Assembly: GCA_041690175.1 (NCBI GenBank)
Contig: JAWLHV010000005.1
Span: forward strand, 14,496 to 78,495
Origin: Dehalococcoidia bacterium
GTDB lineage: Bacteria > Chloroflexota > Dehalococcoidia > UBA2979
Reading direction: 5' to 3'
DNA length: 64,000 nt
The notes beneath the pieces were generated by a model that saw only the letters and a list, made by a program, of their open reading frames with translations, searched no databases and was not told where the DNA came from. Positions within the stretch are counted from its first letter, which is position 1; the number at the start of each line of letters is the position of its first letter. Below are positions 9,136 through 18,433 of this stretch, piece by piece. The position numbers and the translations under genes were made by a program.

Positions 9136-10497
9136 CTACGGCTTCAGCGTCCGGTAGTCCGGCGCCGTGATGTCGCGCAGCACCGACACGTCCTTGTCCG
9201 CCAGGCGAGAGGCGATGCGCGGCTCCAGATCGCCGATGCGCTTATTGGTGGTCACCACCGTGTGCGCGCCAGACAGGTGGCGGTGGTTCAGCAACTGGTA
9301 CAACTTCTCCTCCGCCCACGGACTGGACTTCTGCGCCCCCAGGTCGTCCAGCACCAGCACCGGCGCCTCGACCAGCGCCCGGAACAACTGGTCGTAACGC
9401 CTCGGCGCATCGGGGGCGTAGGCGGCGCGGAGTTCGTCCAGCAGGTCCGGGACGTTGGCGAAGGCCACGCGGTCGCCGGCGTCCAGGCGCTCGTTGGCGA
9501 TGGCCGCGGCCAGGTGCGTCTTGCCGCAGCCGTTGCCACCCATCAGCACCAGCCACCCCTGCGGTTCTCGCGCCCAGCGCAGCGCCTCGCGGTAGGCCGC
9601 CTCCAGGCTCTTGCGCGGCTCGCCCTTCAGGCCGATGCCGTCCGGGATGAAGTCCGCGAACGTGAACTGCGAGAGCCGCTCCCGCGTCATCGCGCCGATG
9701 TGGAGATAGCGAGGGGCCGCGTCACCGTGGGCGAGTTCCACCACCTGCGAGAGCGTGGGATCCGATAGACGGCTCCCCAGCCGCTCGTCGATCTCCGCGG
9801 GATTGCGGACCGCCGTGAAGACCGTGGGCAGCGCCGCGTTGAAGCGGTAGGACACCACCTGGAAGAACTTCTCCCGCGCCCACGCCGTCTCCGAGTAGGC
9901 GTCCAGGTCGTCCAGCACCAGCAGCGGCGCGGTGCGCACCTGCTCCAGCAGGGCGTCGTAGCCCACCTCCGCGTCCTCGTCGTAGCCGGAGCGGAGGTGG
10001 TCCAGGAAGTCCGCCACGGCCATGAACAGCGCGGGGCCGCCGCGGTCGATGACCTCGTTCGCGATCGCCGCCGCCACGTGCGTCTTGCCTGCACCGTGTG
10101 GCCCGGTGAGGACCAGCCAGCCCTCGGGATCGCGCGCGAAGCGCTCCGCGATCGCCACGGCCTCGGCGTACTGCCCCTGCAGCCTCGGGTCGTTCGTGCG
10201 GCCGCTGCGCACCAGCGTCGCGAACGTGAGCCGCTGCATCGGTCCCAGGCGTGAGTACCGCAGCAGACGGCCCCGGCGCTCCTCTGGCGGCTCGTAGCGC
10301 GCGCACTCGCAGGGCACCGGGTGGCCGAAGCGCGGGTCCTGCGGGTCGCCGGTGACGCGCACGAAGCGCGCCCCCTGGCACAGGGGGCAGAGGTCCTCGC
10401 GCTCCTCGCGCGTCTCGACCGGCCGCGCGTCAGTCGCGGCGGTAGAGGTGCGCGTAGGGGTCTGCGGATCGCCCAGGATGTCCCGTAGTTGTTTCAT
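9136..10497 (-). CDS. DnaC/DnaI-like helicase loader with N-terminal zinc-binding motif and two tandem AAA+ modules
   Basis: CPLCQG...PCEC, then Walker A GPHGAGKTHVAAAIANE ... LLVLDDLD, then a second GGNGCGKTHLAAAIANE ... VLVLDDLG; lies directly downstream of dnaB and the DnaD-like gene. Confidence 0.75.
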   Translation of the reverse strand: MKQLRDILGDPQTPTRTSTAATDARPVETREEREDLCPLCQGARFVRVTGDPQDPRFGHPVPCECARYEPPEERRGRLLRYSRLGPMQRLTFATLVRSGRTNDPRLQGQYAEAVAIAERFARDPEGWLVLTGPHGAGKTHVAAAIANEVIDRGGPALFMAVADFLDHLRSGYDEDAEVGYDALLEQVRTAPLLVLDDLDAYSETAWAREKFFQVVSYRFNAALPTVFTAVRNPAEIDERLGSRLSDPTLSQVVELAHGDAAPRYLHIGAMTRERLSQFTFADFIPDGIGLKGEPRKSLEAAYREALRWAREPQGWLVLMGGNGCGKTHLAAAIANERLDAGDRVAFANVPDLLDELRAAYAPDAPRRYDQLFRALVEAPVLVLDDLGAQKSSPWAEEKLYQLLNHRHLSGAHTVVTTNKRIGDLEPRIASRLADKDVSVLRDITAPDYRTLKP

Positions 10498-11110
10498 CGC
10501 CCCGTCCCTCTGCCTGCCAGCGGCGCAGAATCGCCTCCGCGTAGGACCACGACCGCTTGTTCTGTCGGGCGGCCTCGCGCAGCGCGTCCACGATCCACGC
10601 CCCCGGGTAGGCCTGCTCCGCCTCCGCCAGCGCCGCCCCCACCGAGGGCGAGAGCAGCCCGATCTCCTGCTCGTACACCGCGGACGGCGTCCCTGTCGCC
10701 GCCGCGGTCACGCGCGGTGCCGGACGCACGCCCGGGATCGCCTCGGCGCCGGAGGCCACGCGCTCCCGCAACCGCCGCCCGCCCTCGTTGTTCACGAAGA
10801 CCAGCGCGTCACCGTCCTCCAGCGGCAGCGTGAGCAGCACGCCTCGCGCCACCGCCGCCTCCACCGCCACGGCCGTTGCCTCCGCGGCGCGGTCGCCCAG
10901 CGCTCGCGCCAGCGGCGGCTCGCCGGCCAGCGCGCTCACCCGCAGCGCCGCCTGCCGTCCGGGCCGGCCGAGCGCGTACAGCGCGTACAGCGTCACCCGC
11001 AGTTCGTCGGCGTCCTCGATCGCGGGCAGCACCTCCGTGAAGAACTGCACCGGCACCGCCTGCGCGCGCTGCCCGGCGCGAAACCCCTCGAATGGCGTGG
11101 GGGCGGCCAT
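10430..11110 (-). CDS. DnaD-domain replication initiation protein
   Basis: C-terminal KRSWSYAEAILRRWQAEG matches the DnaD/DnaB(loader) C-terminal domain; 6-nt gap to the dnaB stop; overlaps the downstream loader start as currently called. Confidence 0.65.
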   Translation of the reverse strand: MAAPTPFEGFRAGQRAQAVPVQFFTEVLPAIEDADELRVTLYALYALGRPGRQAALRVSALAGEPPLARALGDRAAEATAVAVEAAVARGVLLTLPLEDGDALVFVNNEGGRRLRERVASGAEAIPGVRPAPRVTAAATGTPSAVYEQEIGLLSPSVGAALAEAEQAYPGAWIVDALREAARQNKRSWSYAEAILRRWQAEGRGDETTTGHPGRSADPYAHLYRRD

Positions 11111-11115
11111 GCGCG

Positions 11116-12558
11116 TCAGAACCCGTCCCGGGGCGGTTCCTGGCGCAGGAGCAGGTCCTGGAAGGAGGCCGTCTTGGCCACCCAGCGCACCGTGACGGCG
11201 CCGGTGGGGCCGTTGCGGTGCTTCGCCAGGATCAGTTGGGCCAGGCCCGAAGGGTGCGCCCCGCCCGGCTCGTCCGGGTGCTGGTCCTGCCAGTCGTGCG
11301 CCTGCGTGTAGACGTCCTCGCGGTAGATGAACATCACGATGTCCGCGTCCTGCTCGATGGAGCCGGACTCGCGGAGGTCAGAGAGCATGGGGATGTGCGG
11401 CTGGCGCGTTTCCACGGCACGTGACAACTGGGCGCCGGCCACCACCGGGACGTTCAGTTCGCGCGCCATCTCCTTTAGCGCCCGGGAGATCTGGCTGATC
11501 TCGTTGGTACGGGTGTCCGAACGGCCGGCGCCGTGGAGCAACTGCAGGTAGTCCACCACCACCAGGTCCAGGCCGTGGTCCGCCTGCAGCCGGCGGCACT
11601 TCGCGCGGATCTCCGGCACGGACAGCACCGCCGAGTCGTCGATGAAGATCGGGGCGCCGCCCAGCAGGCCGTGCGCGTTCATCACGCGCGCCTCCTCCGC
11701 CTCCGTGTGGCGGCCCAGGCGCAGGCGGGACATCTCCACGCCTGCCTCGGCGGAGAGCATGCGCATCGCCAGGCTCTCGCCGCCCATCTCCAGGGAGAAC
11801 AGCGCCACGGTGCCGTGCTGCCCAATGGCGCAGTTGCGCGCCAGGTTGAGCATGAGCGAGGTCTTCCCCATGCCGGTGCGCGCGGCCAAGATCACCAGGT
11901 CGCCGCGCTTGTAGCCGCCGGCCAGCAACTGGTCCAGATCCATGAACCCAGTGCGGATGGACTGCGCGAGTTCGCCGTCCTCTTCTTCCGCGGGCGCCTC
12001 CAGGAACTCGTCCAGCAGGTCGCGCAGGCGCTTGAAGTCGCCAGCCGCCTCCGCGGTGCGCAGGCCCAGCAGCAGGCCCTCCGCCTCCGAGAGCACGGCC
12101 TTCACGTCCGGGCCGCCCTCGTAGGCGATGGAGGCGATCTGGCCGGCGGCCTGGATCAGGCGGCGGTAGAGGGCGTCTCGCGCCACGATGCGCGCGTGCG
12201 CCTCCACGCCCACGGCCGTGAAGTACTTCCCGGCCACCTCCACCAGGTAGGTCTCGCCACCGGCGGGGTCCAGGCGGCCCAGGCGATCCAGTTCGTGCGC
12301 GACGGTGGGAATGGTGATGGACTCGCCGCGCTCTCCCACGGAGAGGCAGGCCTCGTAGATCCAGCCGTTCTGCTCACGGAAGAAGTCTTCCGGGCGGACG
12401 ATGGGCAGGACGCGGGCGTAGGAGTCGTCGTCCAGCAGCAGGGCGGCGATGACCGCTTCCTCCGCGGAGACATCATGCGGGGGCAGGCCGGTCTGCGGGC
12501 GAGGGCGCTGGTCACGGCCGGGCGCGCGGAAGGGTGCGGGACGACCCTCGAGCACCAC
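11116..12558 (-). CDS. dnaB: replicative DNA helicase DnaB
   Basis: AALLLDDDSY..., Walker A ARTGMGKTSL, and LSDLRESGSIEQDADIVMFIYRE; conserved position after rplI. Confidence 0.95.
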   Translation of the reverse strand: MVLEGRPAPFRAPGRDQRPRPQTGLPPHDVSAEEAVIAALLLDDDSYARVLPIVRPEDFFREQNGWIYEACLSVGERGESITIPTVAHELDRLGRLDPAGGETYLVEVAGKYFTAVGVEAHARIVARDALYRRLIQAAGQIASIAYEGGPDVKAVLSEAEGLLLGLRTAEAAGDFKRLRDLLDEFLEAPAEEEDGELAQSIRTGFMDLDQLLAGGYKRGDLVILAARTGMGKTSLMLNLARNCAIGQHGTVALFSLEMGGESLAMRMLSAEAGVEMSRLRLGRHTEAEEARVMNAHGLLGGAPIFIDDSAVLSVPEIRAKCRRLQADHGLDLVVVDYLQLLHGAGRSDTRTNEISQISRALKEMARELNVPVVAGAQLSRAVETRQPHIPMLSDLRESGSIEQDADIVMFIYREDVYTQAHDWQDQHPDEPGGAHPSGLAQLILAKHRNGPTGAVTVRWVAKTASFQDLLLRQEPPRDGF

Positions 12559-12638
12559 GGCAGCCCCTCGATCCCCACCGGCCTCGCCGGCGCCACCTCA
12601 GGGGGATGGGGGCTGCGAGCCGGAAAGAGAGAGGAGGG

Positions 12639-13259
12639 CTAAGCGCCCTCCTCGTTGTCCTCGTCTGAGCCCGGCTCCGACGCGCCATCGGCGTCGTCGG
12701 CTTCCGCGGTGGGTTCCGAAGAACCCGCCGCCTCTGCTCGTGGGGCCTCGACCACCTCTTCCTCCACGGGTGGATTCAGAAGCGCCTCCGCGGCCGCCTC
12801 CACGCCTTCCGGCGCGTCAACGTCCACGACCACCACCTGCACCTCGGCCGTCACGTTACGTGACAGTCGGATGCCGATGGGGAAGACCCCAACTCGGCGG
12901 ATCGCCTCGGGCAGCAGTATGCGACGACGGTCCAGGTCCTCGCCGAGAATCTCCCCAGCCTTCTCGGCGATGTCAGCATTTGTGACAGACCCGTACAGTC
13001 GTCCCTGCTCTCCGACGCGGGCCGTGATAACGATCGGGCGCTCGAGCTTGCCGACAAGCCCTTGTGCCTTCTCGTCCTCAGCCCGTTGTCGCTCCGCCTC
13101 GATCTCCCGCAGCCTTTCGGCACGGGCGAGGACTTGCGATGTTGCCGGCGCGGCCAGGCCGCGTGGCAACAGGTAATTCCGGGCGTAGCCTCGGGCGACG
13201 TCTTTGACCTCACCCATGGTGCCGGATCCCTCAACGGTCTCCAGGAACACGACCTTCAC
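12639..13259 (-). CDS. rplI: 50S ribosomal protein L9 with acidic C-terminal extension
   Basis: GTG start (VKVVFLETVEGSGTMGEVKDVARGYARNYLLPRGLA) in the frame of ORF 12639..14165; the rest of that long ORF upstream is non-coding. Confidence 0.85.
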   Translation of the reverse strand: MKVVFLETVEGSGTMGEVKDVARGYARNYLLPRGLAAPATSQVLARAERLREIEAERQRAEDEKAQGLVGKLERPIVITARVGEQGRLYGSVTNADIAEKAGEILGEDLDRRRILLPEAIRRVGVFPIGIRLSRNVTAEVQVVVVDVDAPEGVEAAAEALLNPPVEEEVVEAPRAEAAGSSEPTAEADDADGASEPGSDEDNEEGA

Positions 13260-13529
13260 GTCAGATGACCCTTCGGCGTGCCGGAGCCGGGACTGACGCC
13301 ATCTTGTGCTAAGACGGCGACGCCGGCCCGGGACTTGTCCAAACGAAAGTTCACGGTTGAGCCACAATCCGGACAACTTGTCCGCAGTGACGGCTCCAAC
13401 GCGTTGATGGGTGGACCAGGGAAGCCTGAGAAACACCCGCCGCGACGTAAGAGCGTACCCGTGCCCTTGTCGTAGGGACAACCACCGGGCCGTCGTCGCC
13501 ACCCCGCGCACGGCGATGACGACCGGAGG

Positions 13530-13558
13530 AATGTAGAACGCCCGTTCTTGTTTGTCAA
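13530..13558 (-). promoter_or_regulatory. sigma-70-type promoter for rplI-dnaB (TTGACA-17-TACATT)
   Basis: The reverse strand reads ttgacaaacaagaacgggcgttctacatt; a perfect -35 with a 17-nt spacer; ~270 nt upstream of the rplI start. Confidence 0.5.
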
Positions 13559-13607
13559 ACATGTGTTCTGTTACGCTTGCCCGCCCCGGATCCGAAGGGA
13601 GCCCTCC

Positions 13608-14090
13608 ATGCCACGACAGCCCCGGCTCGTCCCCACCCGCATCGAAGCCTCCTACGGCATCACCGGCGACGCGGAGGGCGCCTCCTGGGCGGCCACCGAG
13701 GAGAAACTCGCCGCTTCCCGCAACTACTGGGTCTCCACCACCCGTGCTGACGGCGCGCCCCACTCCAAGCCGGTCTGGGGGTTCTGGGCCGATGGCGCGC
13801 TGTGGTTCGGTTCCGGCGGCGTGGCCGGTCGCAACCTGGTGCGCGACCCCCGCGTCTCCGTGCACCTGGAGAGCGGGGACGACACCGTGATCCTGGAGGG
13901 CGAGGTGCAGGTCCGGAGCGTGCCGGAGGCGGTCCTCCACGCGTACGCGGAGAAGTACGCGATGAAGCCGGAGGACATCGGCGGGGAAGGCGCCAGCGAC
14001 GACTGGTTCTACCTGGCGCCGCGCAAGGCCCTCACCTGGCTGGAGGCCAACTACCCGAAGTCCGCGGCACGCTGGGACTTCGAGGACTAG
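13608..14090 (+). CDS. pyridoxamine 5'-phosphate oxidase-family FMN-binding protein
   Basis: MPRQPRLV... with GAAGGGAG RBS; motifs YWVSTTRADGAPHSKPVWGFWADGALWFGS are typical of the PNPOx-like split-barrel family. Confidence 0.6.
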   Translation: MPRQPRLVPTRIEASYGITGDAEGASWAATEEKLAASRNYWVSTTRADGAPHSKPVWGFWADGALWFGSGGVAGRNLVRDPRVSVHLESGDDTVILEGEVQVRSVPEAVLHAYAEKYAMKPEDIGGEGASDDWFYLAPRKALTWLEANYPKSAARWDFED

Positions 14091-14167
14091 CGCCAGCCCC
14101 CGGACTCTCGGCGCCTGCGTAGAATCGTCGCCCGGCCACCCCGGCCGGACGAGCGACGGAGGCACCC

Positions 14168-14785
14168 GTGTACGTCCCCGACCGCTACCGCGTGACCGAA
14201 CCGGAGGCCATCCGCACCTTCGTGCGTGACCACCCCTTCGCCACGCTGGTCACCACCACCCCGGACGGCCCACGCGCCTCCCACATCCCGCTACTCCTCC
14301 GCACCGAGGGCGACCGCGACGTGGCCGTGGGGCACGTCGCGAGGGCGAACCCGCAATGGCGCGACTTCGACGGCGAGCGCCCGGCGCTCGCGATCTTCGA
14401 CTGGGGCCCACACGCCTACGTGTCGCCGCGCTGGTACGGCGACGGTGACTACGTCCCCACGTGGAACTACGCCGCTGTGCAACTGCGCGGCGTCCCTGCC
14501 GTCATCGAGGACCACGAGGAGCACCTCGCGGCGCTGCGGGAACTGACGGAGCGCTTCGAGGAGCCGGGCGAATATTCCATGGACGACCTGCCGGAGGCCT
14601 ACCGCAACGCCATGGCCGGCGCCACGGTGGCCTTCCGGATGCCGGTCACGGGCATGGACGCCTCGTGCAAACTGAGCCAGAACCGCACCCCGGAGATCCG
14701 GGCGCGTGTCGCCGAGCACCTCGCCGCTTCGCCGGACTCGGCCGCACGCGAGATCGCGGCGCTGATGCGCCAGCGAGGAGACTGA
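14168..14785 (+). CDS. PaiB-like FMN-binding negative transcriptional regulator family protein
   Basis: GTG start; VPDRYRVTEPEAIRTFVRDHPFATLVTTT...HIPLLL matches the PaiB/YjgF-like N-terminus. Confidence 0.65.
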   Translation: MYVPDRYRVTEPEAIRTFVRDHPFATLVTTTPDGPRASHIPLLLRTEGDRDVAVGHVARANPQWRDFDGERPALAIFDWGPHAYVSPRWYGDGDYVPTWNYAAVQLRGVPAVIEDHEEHLAALRELTERFEEPGEYSMDDLPEAYRNAMAGATVAFRMPVTGMDASCKLSQNRTPEIRARVAEHLAASPDSAAREIAALMRQRGD

Positions 14786-14786
14786 C

Positions 14787-15215
14787 ATGCCGGTACCTCG
14801 ACGCCCCGCCAGCCGCGCGGCCACCGCTAGCCTCGCCACCATCCGCAAGCGCCGCGCGCGCGTGGAAAAGATCTGCGGAGCGTTCCCTGAGACCGAGGCG
14901 GCCAACCGCTACGACAACGAGCACCGCTCGCTGGAGGTGGCCGGCAAGCGCTTCGGCTACTTCCTGGTGGACCACTTCGGCGACGACGGCCGCAGCGGCC
15001 TGGCGCTGAAGGTGGCGCCCGGTGTGCAGGACATGCTGGTGGAGGAGGACCCGGACACCTTCTGGGTACCGGCCTTCGTCGGTCGTCACGGCTGGCTCGG
15101 CGTCCGCTTGGACCTGGAAGAGCCGGACTGGGAGCAGGTGGCCGAGTTCATCCGCGACGCCTGGATGCTCACGGCCCCGAAGAAGGTCCGGCAGGCGTTC
15201 GAGGCGGCGGGCTGA
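14787..15215 (+). CDS. MmcQ/YjbR family DNA-binding protein
   Basis: KICGAFPETEAANRYDNEHRSLEVAGKRFGYF... is typical of the MmcQ/YjbR family. Confidence 0.6.
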   Translation: MPVPRRPASRAATASLATIRKRRARVEKICGAFPETEAANRYDNEHRSLEVAGKRFGYFLVDHFGDDGRSGLALKVAPGVQDMLVEEDPDTFWVPAFVGRHGWLGVRLDLEEPDWEQVAEFIRDAWMLTAPKKVRQAFEAAG

Positions 15216-15219
15216 CGGC

Positions 15220-17430
15220 CTAGATCTTCGCCAGCACCCGGTCGAGGCCCTCGCCCCACTCGTGGGCCGCGGCCGCCAGCGCGACGTCCACCGGCCCCAC
15301 GCGCAGGCGATCGCCCCCCACCACGCCGAGGGCCACCGCGGGGATGTTGTGGCCCGCCGCGAACTCCAGCACCGCCTGCGGGTTGGCCGTGGCTACGAGG
15401 AACCGCGAGGGCTCCTCTCCGAAGAGCGTCGCGTCCAGCCGGGCGCCCGCGGCAGTGTCGGAGGCGTCGATGCCCTCGCCGGCGGCGATGCACATCTCCG
15501 CCAGCGCCACGGCGAGGCCGCCGTCCGCCAGGTCGTGCGCGGCCGTCAGCAGCGCGCGCTCGTGCAGGTCCAGCACCAGCCGCTGGACGCGCGACTCCAG
15601 GCCCAGGTCGATGCGGGGCATCCCCGCGATGCGCTCGCGGGTCAGCCACTGGTACTCGGAACCGGCCAGCGTGGCCGCCTCCTGCGCGACCTCCGCGCCC
15701 AGGAGGATCACCGTGTCGCCCGGTTCCGGGGCGATGGTCAGCGCCGTGCGAGCGTCCTCGATGAGCCCCACCACGCCGATGCTCGGCGTGGGCAGGATGG
15801 AGCCGGTGGGGGCCTCGTTGTAGAGCGAGGCGTTCCCGGAGATGACGGGCGCCTCCAGTACGCGGGCGGCTTCCGAGAGGCCGAGGATGGCCTCCTCCAG
15901 TTGCCAGGCGACGTCCGGCTTCTCCGGGTTGCCGAAGTTCAGGCAGTCCGTGAGTGCCGCCGGCTTCGCCCCGGTGGCCACCACGTTGCGGCACGCCTCG
16001 GCGACCGCCATGGCCGCGCCGGTGCGCGGGTCCAGCGCGAGCATGCGGCCGTTGCAGTCGGTGGCAGCCGCCACGCCCTTGGTGGAGTGCTTGATGCGGA
16101 TCACGGCGGCGTCCCCGCCGGGCCGCACCACGGTGTTGTTCTGCACCTGGTGGTCGTACTGGCGATAGATCCACCGCCGGCTGGAGATGTTCTCGGAGGC
16201 CAGCAGCCGCAGCAGCATCGAGGACGCCTCGGAAGGTTCGAGGTCCGGCTGCGCGGCCAGGTCCTCGGCCTGCAGCGCGTCCAGCGAGGACGGGCGCACG
16301 CCCTCCGGCGGGTACTGCGGCGGGTCCACCAGCACGCGCACGGGGATGCGCGCCACCACCTGGTCGCCGTCCCGAATCGTCGCCATCTGGTCGTCGGTCA
16401 CGGTGCCGATGACGTCCGCGCGGATCTCCCAGCGGCGGAAGTGCGCCAGCACCTCGTCCAGGTGCTCACGCTTCGGGATCACGAGCATCCGCTCCTGCGA
16501 CTCCGAGAGCATGACCTGGTACGGCGTCATGTGCTGCGCGCGGCGCGGCACCAGCGCCACGTCGATCTCGATGCCCGTGCCGGCGCGGTTCGCCGCCTCC
16601 ACCGCGGAGGAGGTGAGGCCGGCGGCGCCCAGGTCCTGCAGGCCTTCGATCCAGTCCTTGTGCTGCTCGGCCAGTTCGCAGCACGCCTCCATCAGCAACT
16701 TCTCCAGGAAGGGGTTGCCCACCTGCACCGCGGGCCGGTGCGCGTCCGAACCCTCGGAGAGTTCGACGGAGGCGAAGGTGGCGCCGTGGATGCCGTCCAC
16801 CCCGGTGTCCGCGCCCACTAGCACCAGCGGATTGCCCACGCCGGAGGCGCTGGCGGAGAGCAGGTGCTCGCGTCGCCCCACGCCCACGCACATCGCGTTC
16901 ACCAGCGGGTTGCCGGAGTAGGCCGGGTGCATCTGCACCTCGCCCCCCACGGTCGGCACGCCGATGCAGTTCCCGTACCCGCCGATGCCCGCCACCACCC
17001 CTCGGAAGAGGCGGCGGTTGCGCTGGTCCGAGAGCGGCCCGAAGCGCAGCGAGTCCAGCAGCGCCACCGGGCGCATGCCCATGGCGAAGATGTCGCGCAG
17101 GATGCCGCCCACGCCCGTGGCAGCGCCCTCGTAGGGTTCCAGGGCGCTGGGGTGGTTGTGGGACTCCATCTTGAAGACGGCCACCCAGCCGTCGCCCAGG
17201 TCAATGGCGCCGGCGTTCTCCTCGCCCGTCTTGGTCAGGACGTAATCGCCCGTGCTGGGGAAGTGCTTGAACAGCGGCTTGGAGTGCTTGTAGCCGCAGT
17301 GCTCGGACCACAGTGCGCCCACCATCCCCAGTTCCACCTCGGTCGGTTCGCGGTCGAGCATGTCGAGCAGACGCTCGTACTCGGACCGCGACATCGCGAC
17401 CTGCTGGAGGACGAGATCGTCGACGGGCAT
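15220..17430 (-). CDS. purL: phosphoribosylformylglycinamidine synthase subunit PurL
   Basis: 736 aa; EVELGMVGALWSEHCGYKHSK...; both AIRS-like repeats are present. Confidence 0.95.
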   Translation of the reverse strand: MPVDDLVLQQVAMSRSEYERLLDMLDREPTEVELGMVGALWSEHCGYKHSKPLFKHFPSTGDYVLTKTGEENAGAIDLGDGWVAVFKMESHNHPSALEPYEGAATGVGGILRDIFAMGMRPVALLDSLRFGPLSDQRNRRLFRGVVAGIGGYGNCIGVPTVGGEVQMHPAYSGNPLVNAMCVGVGRREHLLSASASGVGNPLVLVGADTGVDGIHGATFASVELSEGSDAHRPAVQVGNPFLEKLLMEACCELAEQHKDWIEGLQDLGAAGLTSSAVEAANRAGTGIEIDVALVPRRAQHMTPYQVMLSESQERMLVIPKREHLDEVLAHFRRWEIRADVIGTVTDDQMATIRDGDQVVARIPVRVLVDPPQYPPEGVRPSSLDALQAEDLAAQPDLEPSEASSMLLRLLASENISSRRWIYRQYDHQVQNNTVVRPGGDAAVIRIKHSTKGVAAATDCNGRMLALDPRTGAAMAVAEACRNVVATGAKPAALTDCLNFGNPEKPDVAWQLEEAILGLSEAARVLEAPVISGNASLYNEAPTGSILPTPSIGVVGLIEDARTALTIAPEPGDTVILLGAEVAQEAATLAGSEYQWLTRERIAGMPRIDLGLESRVQRLVLDLHERALLTAAHDLADGGLAVALAEMCIAAGEGIDASDTAAGARLDATLFGEEPSRFLVATANPQAVLEFAAGHNIPAVALGVVGGDRLRVGPVDVALAAAAHEWGEGLDRVLAKI

Positions 17431-17627
17431 GTGCTGTCCTCGATGCGCCGGGGGCGTTCAGGGGGAGAGCGTCGAGCGTACCAGCGGGGCGGGTGAGGGG
17501 GGAGGGTGGCTAGCAGCGGACGGCCGCCGGCTTCGCCTGCCAGGAGTTGCCCCGCGCCTTCCACGGCTTGCACAGCAGGCAGCCGCTCCTCGCAGCCTTC
17601 GGGCGACCGCGCTTGTGGTGCAGCGCC

Positions 17628-18326
17628 CTACACCTTCGCGCCGACAGCCTCGAGGACTGAGAGCCAGATGGCGTTCCCGTCCTCGTTGCCCAGCAGCGGC
17701 TCACAGGCGCGCTCCGGGTGCGGCATCATCCCCAGCACATTGCCACGCTCGTTGAGGATCCCCGCGATGTTGTTCATGGAGCCGTTGGGATTCGCGTCCG
17801 CCGTGACCGTGCCGTCCGCCTCCGCGTAGCGGAACGCGACGCGGTCCGTGTCGTCCAGCATGGCGATGGTGCTCTCGTCCGCGACGTAGCGGCCCTCGCC
17901 GTGCGAGACGGGCATCAGGTAGCCGCGCCCCACCTCGAGGTGGGCCGTGAACGGGGACGCCTGGCTCACGGGCACGAGGTACGCATCCTGGCAGCGGAAC
18001 TGCAGCGACTCGTTGCGCATCAGGACACCCGGCAGCAGCCCGGACTCGCAGAGGATCTGGAAGCCGTTGCAGATGCCGATGACCAGCCCGCCCGCTTCCG
18101 CGTGGCGCGCGACCGCCTCCATCACGGGGCTGAAGCGGGCGATGGCGCCGGTCCGCAGGTAGTCACCGTAGGAGAAGCCGCCCGGCAGCACGACCAGTTC
18201 GTCCCGGTCGAACGTCACCTCGTCCGTATGCCAGACCTTGCGCGCCTCGATGCCGCACTGGCCCAGGGCCCAGACGCAGTCGTTGTCGCTCCACGTCCCC
18301 GGGAACACGACCACCGTGGCGCGCAT
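17628..18326 (-). CDS. purQ: phosphoribosylformylglycinamidine synthase I (glutaminase) PurQ
   Basis: MRATVVVFPGTWSDNDC...GICNGFQIL...HGEGRY...MMPHPER; catalytic Cys-His-Glu triad. Confidence 0.95.
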   Translation of the reverse strand: MRATVVVFPGTWSDNDCVWALGQCGIEARKVWHTDEVTFDRDELVVLPGGFSYGDYLRTGAIARFSPVMEAVARHAEAGGLVIGICNGFQILCESGLLPGVLMRNESLQFRCQDAYLVPVSQASPFTAHLEVGRGYLMPVSHGEGRYVADESTIAMLDDTDRVAFRYAEADGTVTADANPNGSMNNIAGILNERGNVLGMMPHPERACEPLLGNEDGNAIWLSVLEAVGAKV

Positions 18327-18433
18327 GTGCTGGCTCCTGTGCTGATCGAGGGGGAGGTGCGTCCAGTATAGGAGCGCACGCGGGAAGGCTCGAACGGCCG
18401 GGGCACTGCGACGACTGCGACGACTGCGACGAC

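Noticed and set aside
10430-10497. 68-nt overlap between the DnaD-like gene and the loader gene
   Set aside because: It is probably an artefact of choosing the first ATG for the loader; an in-frame GTG at ~10419 would remove the overlap. I kept the track start and lowered confidence.
13256-13558. 100-aa ORF covering the rplI leader
   Set aside because: Lower GC, Cys/Arg/Gly-rich translation and no RBS. The region is better explained as a promoter plus structured 5' UTR.
17431-17627. Possible purS between purQ and purL
   Set aside because: The spacer is only ~197 bp with no plausible 80-aa ORF, so purS must be elsewhere. Only weak palindromes are present.
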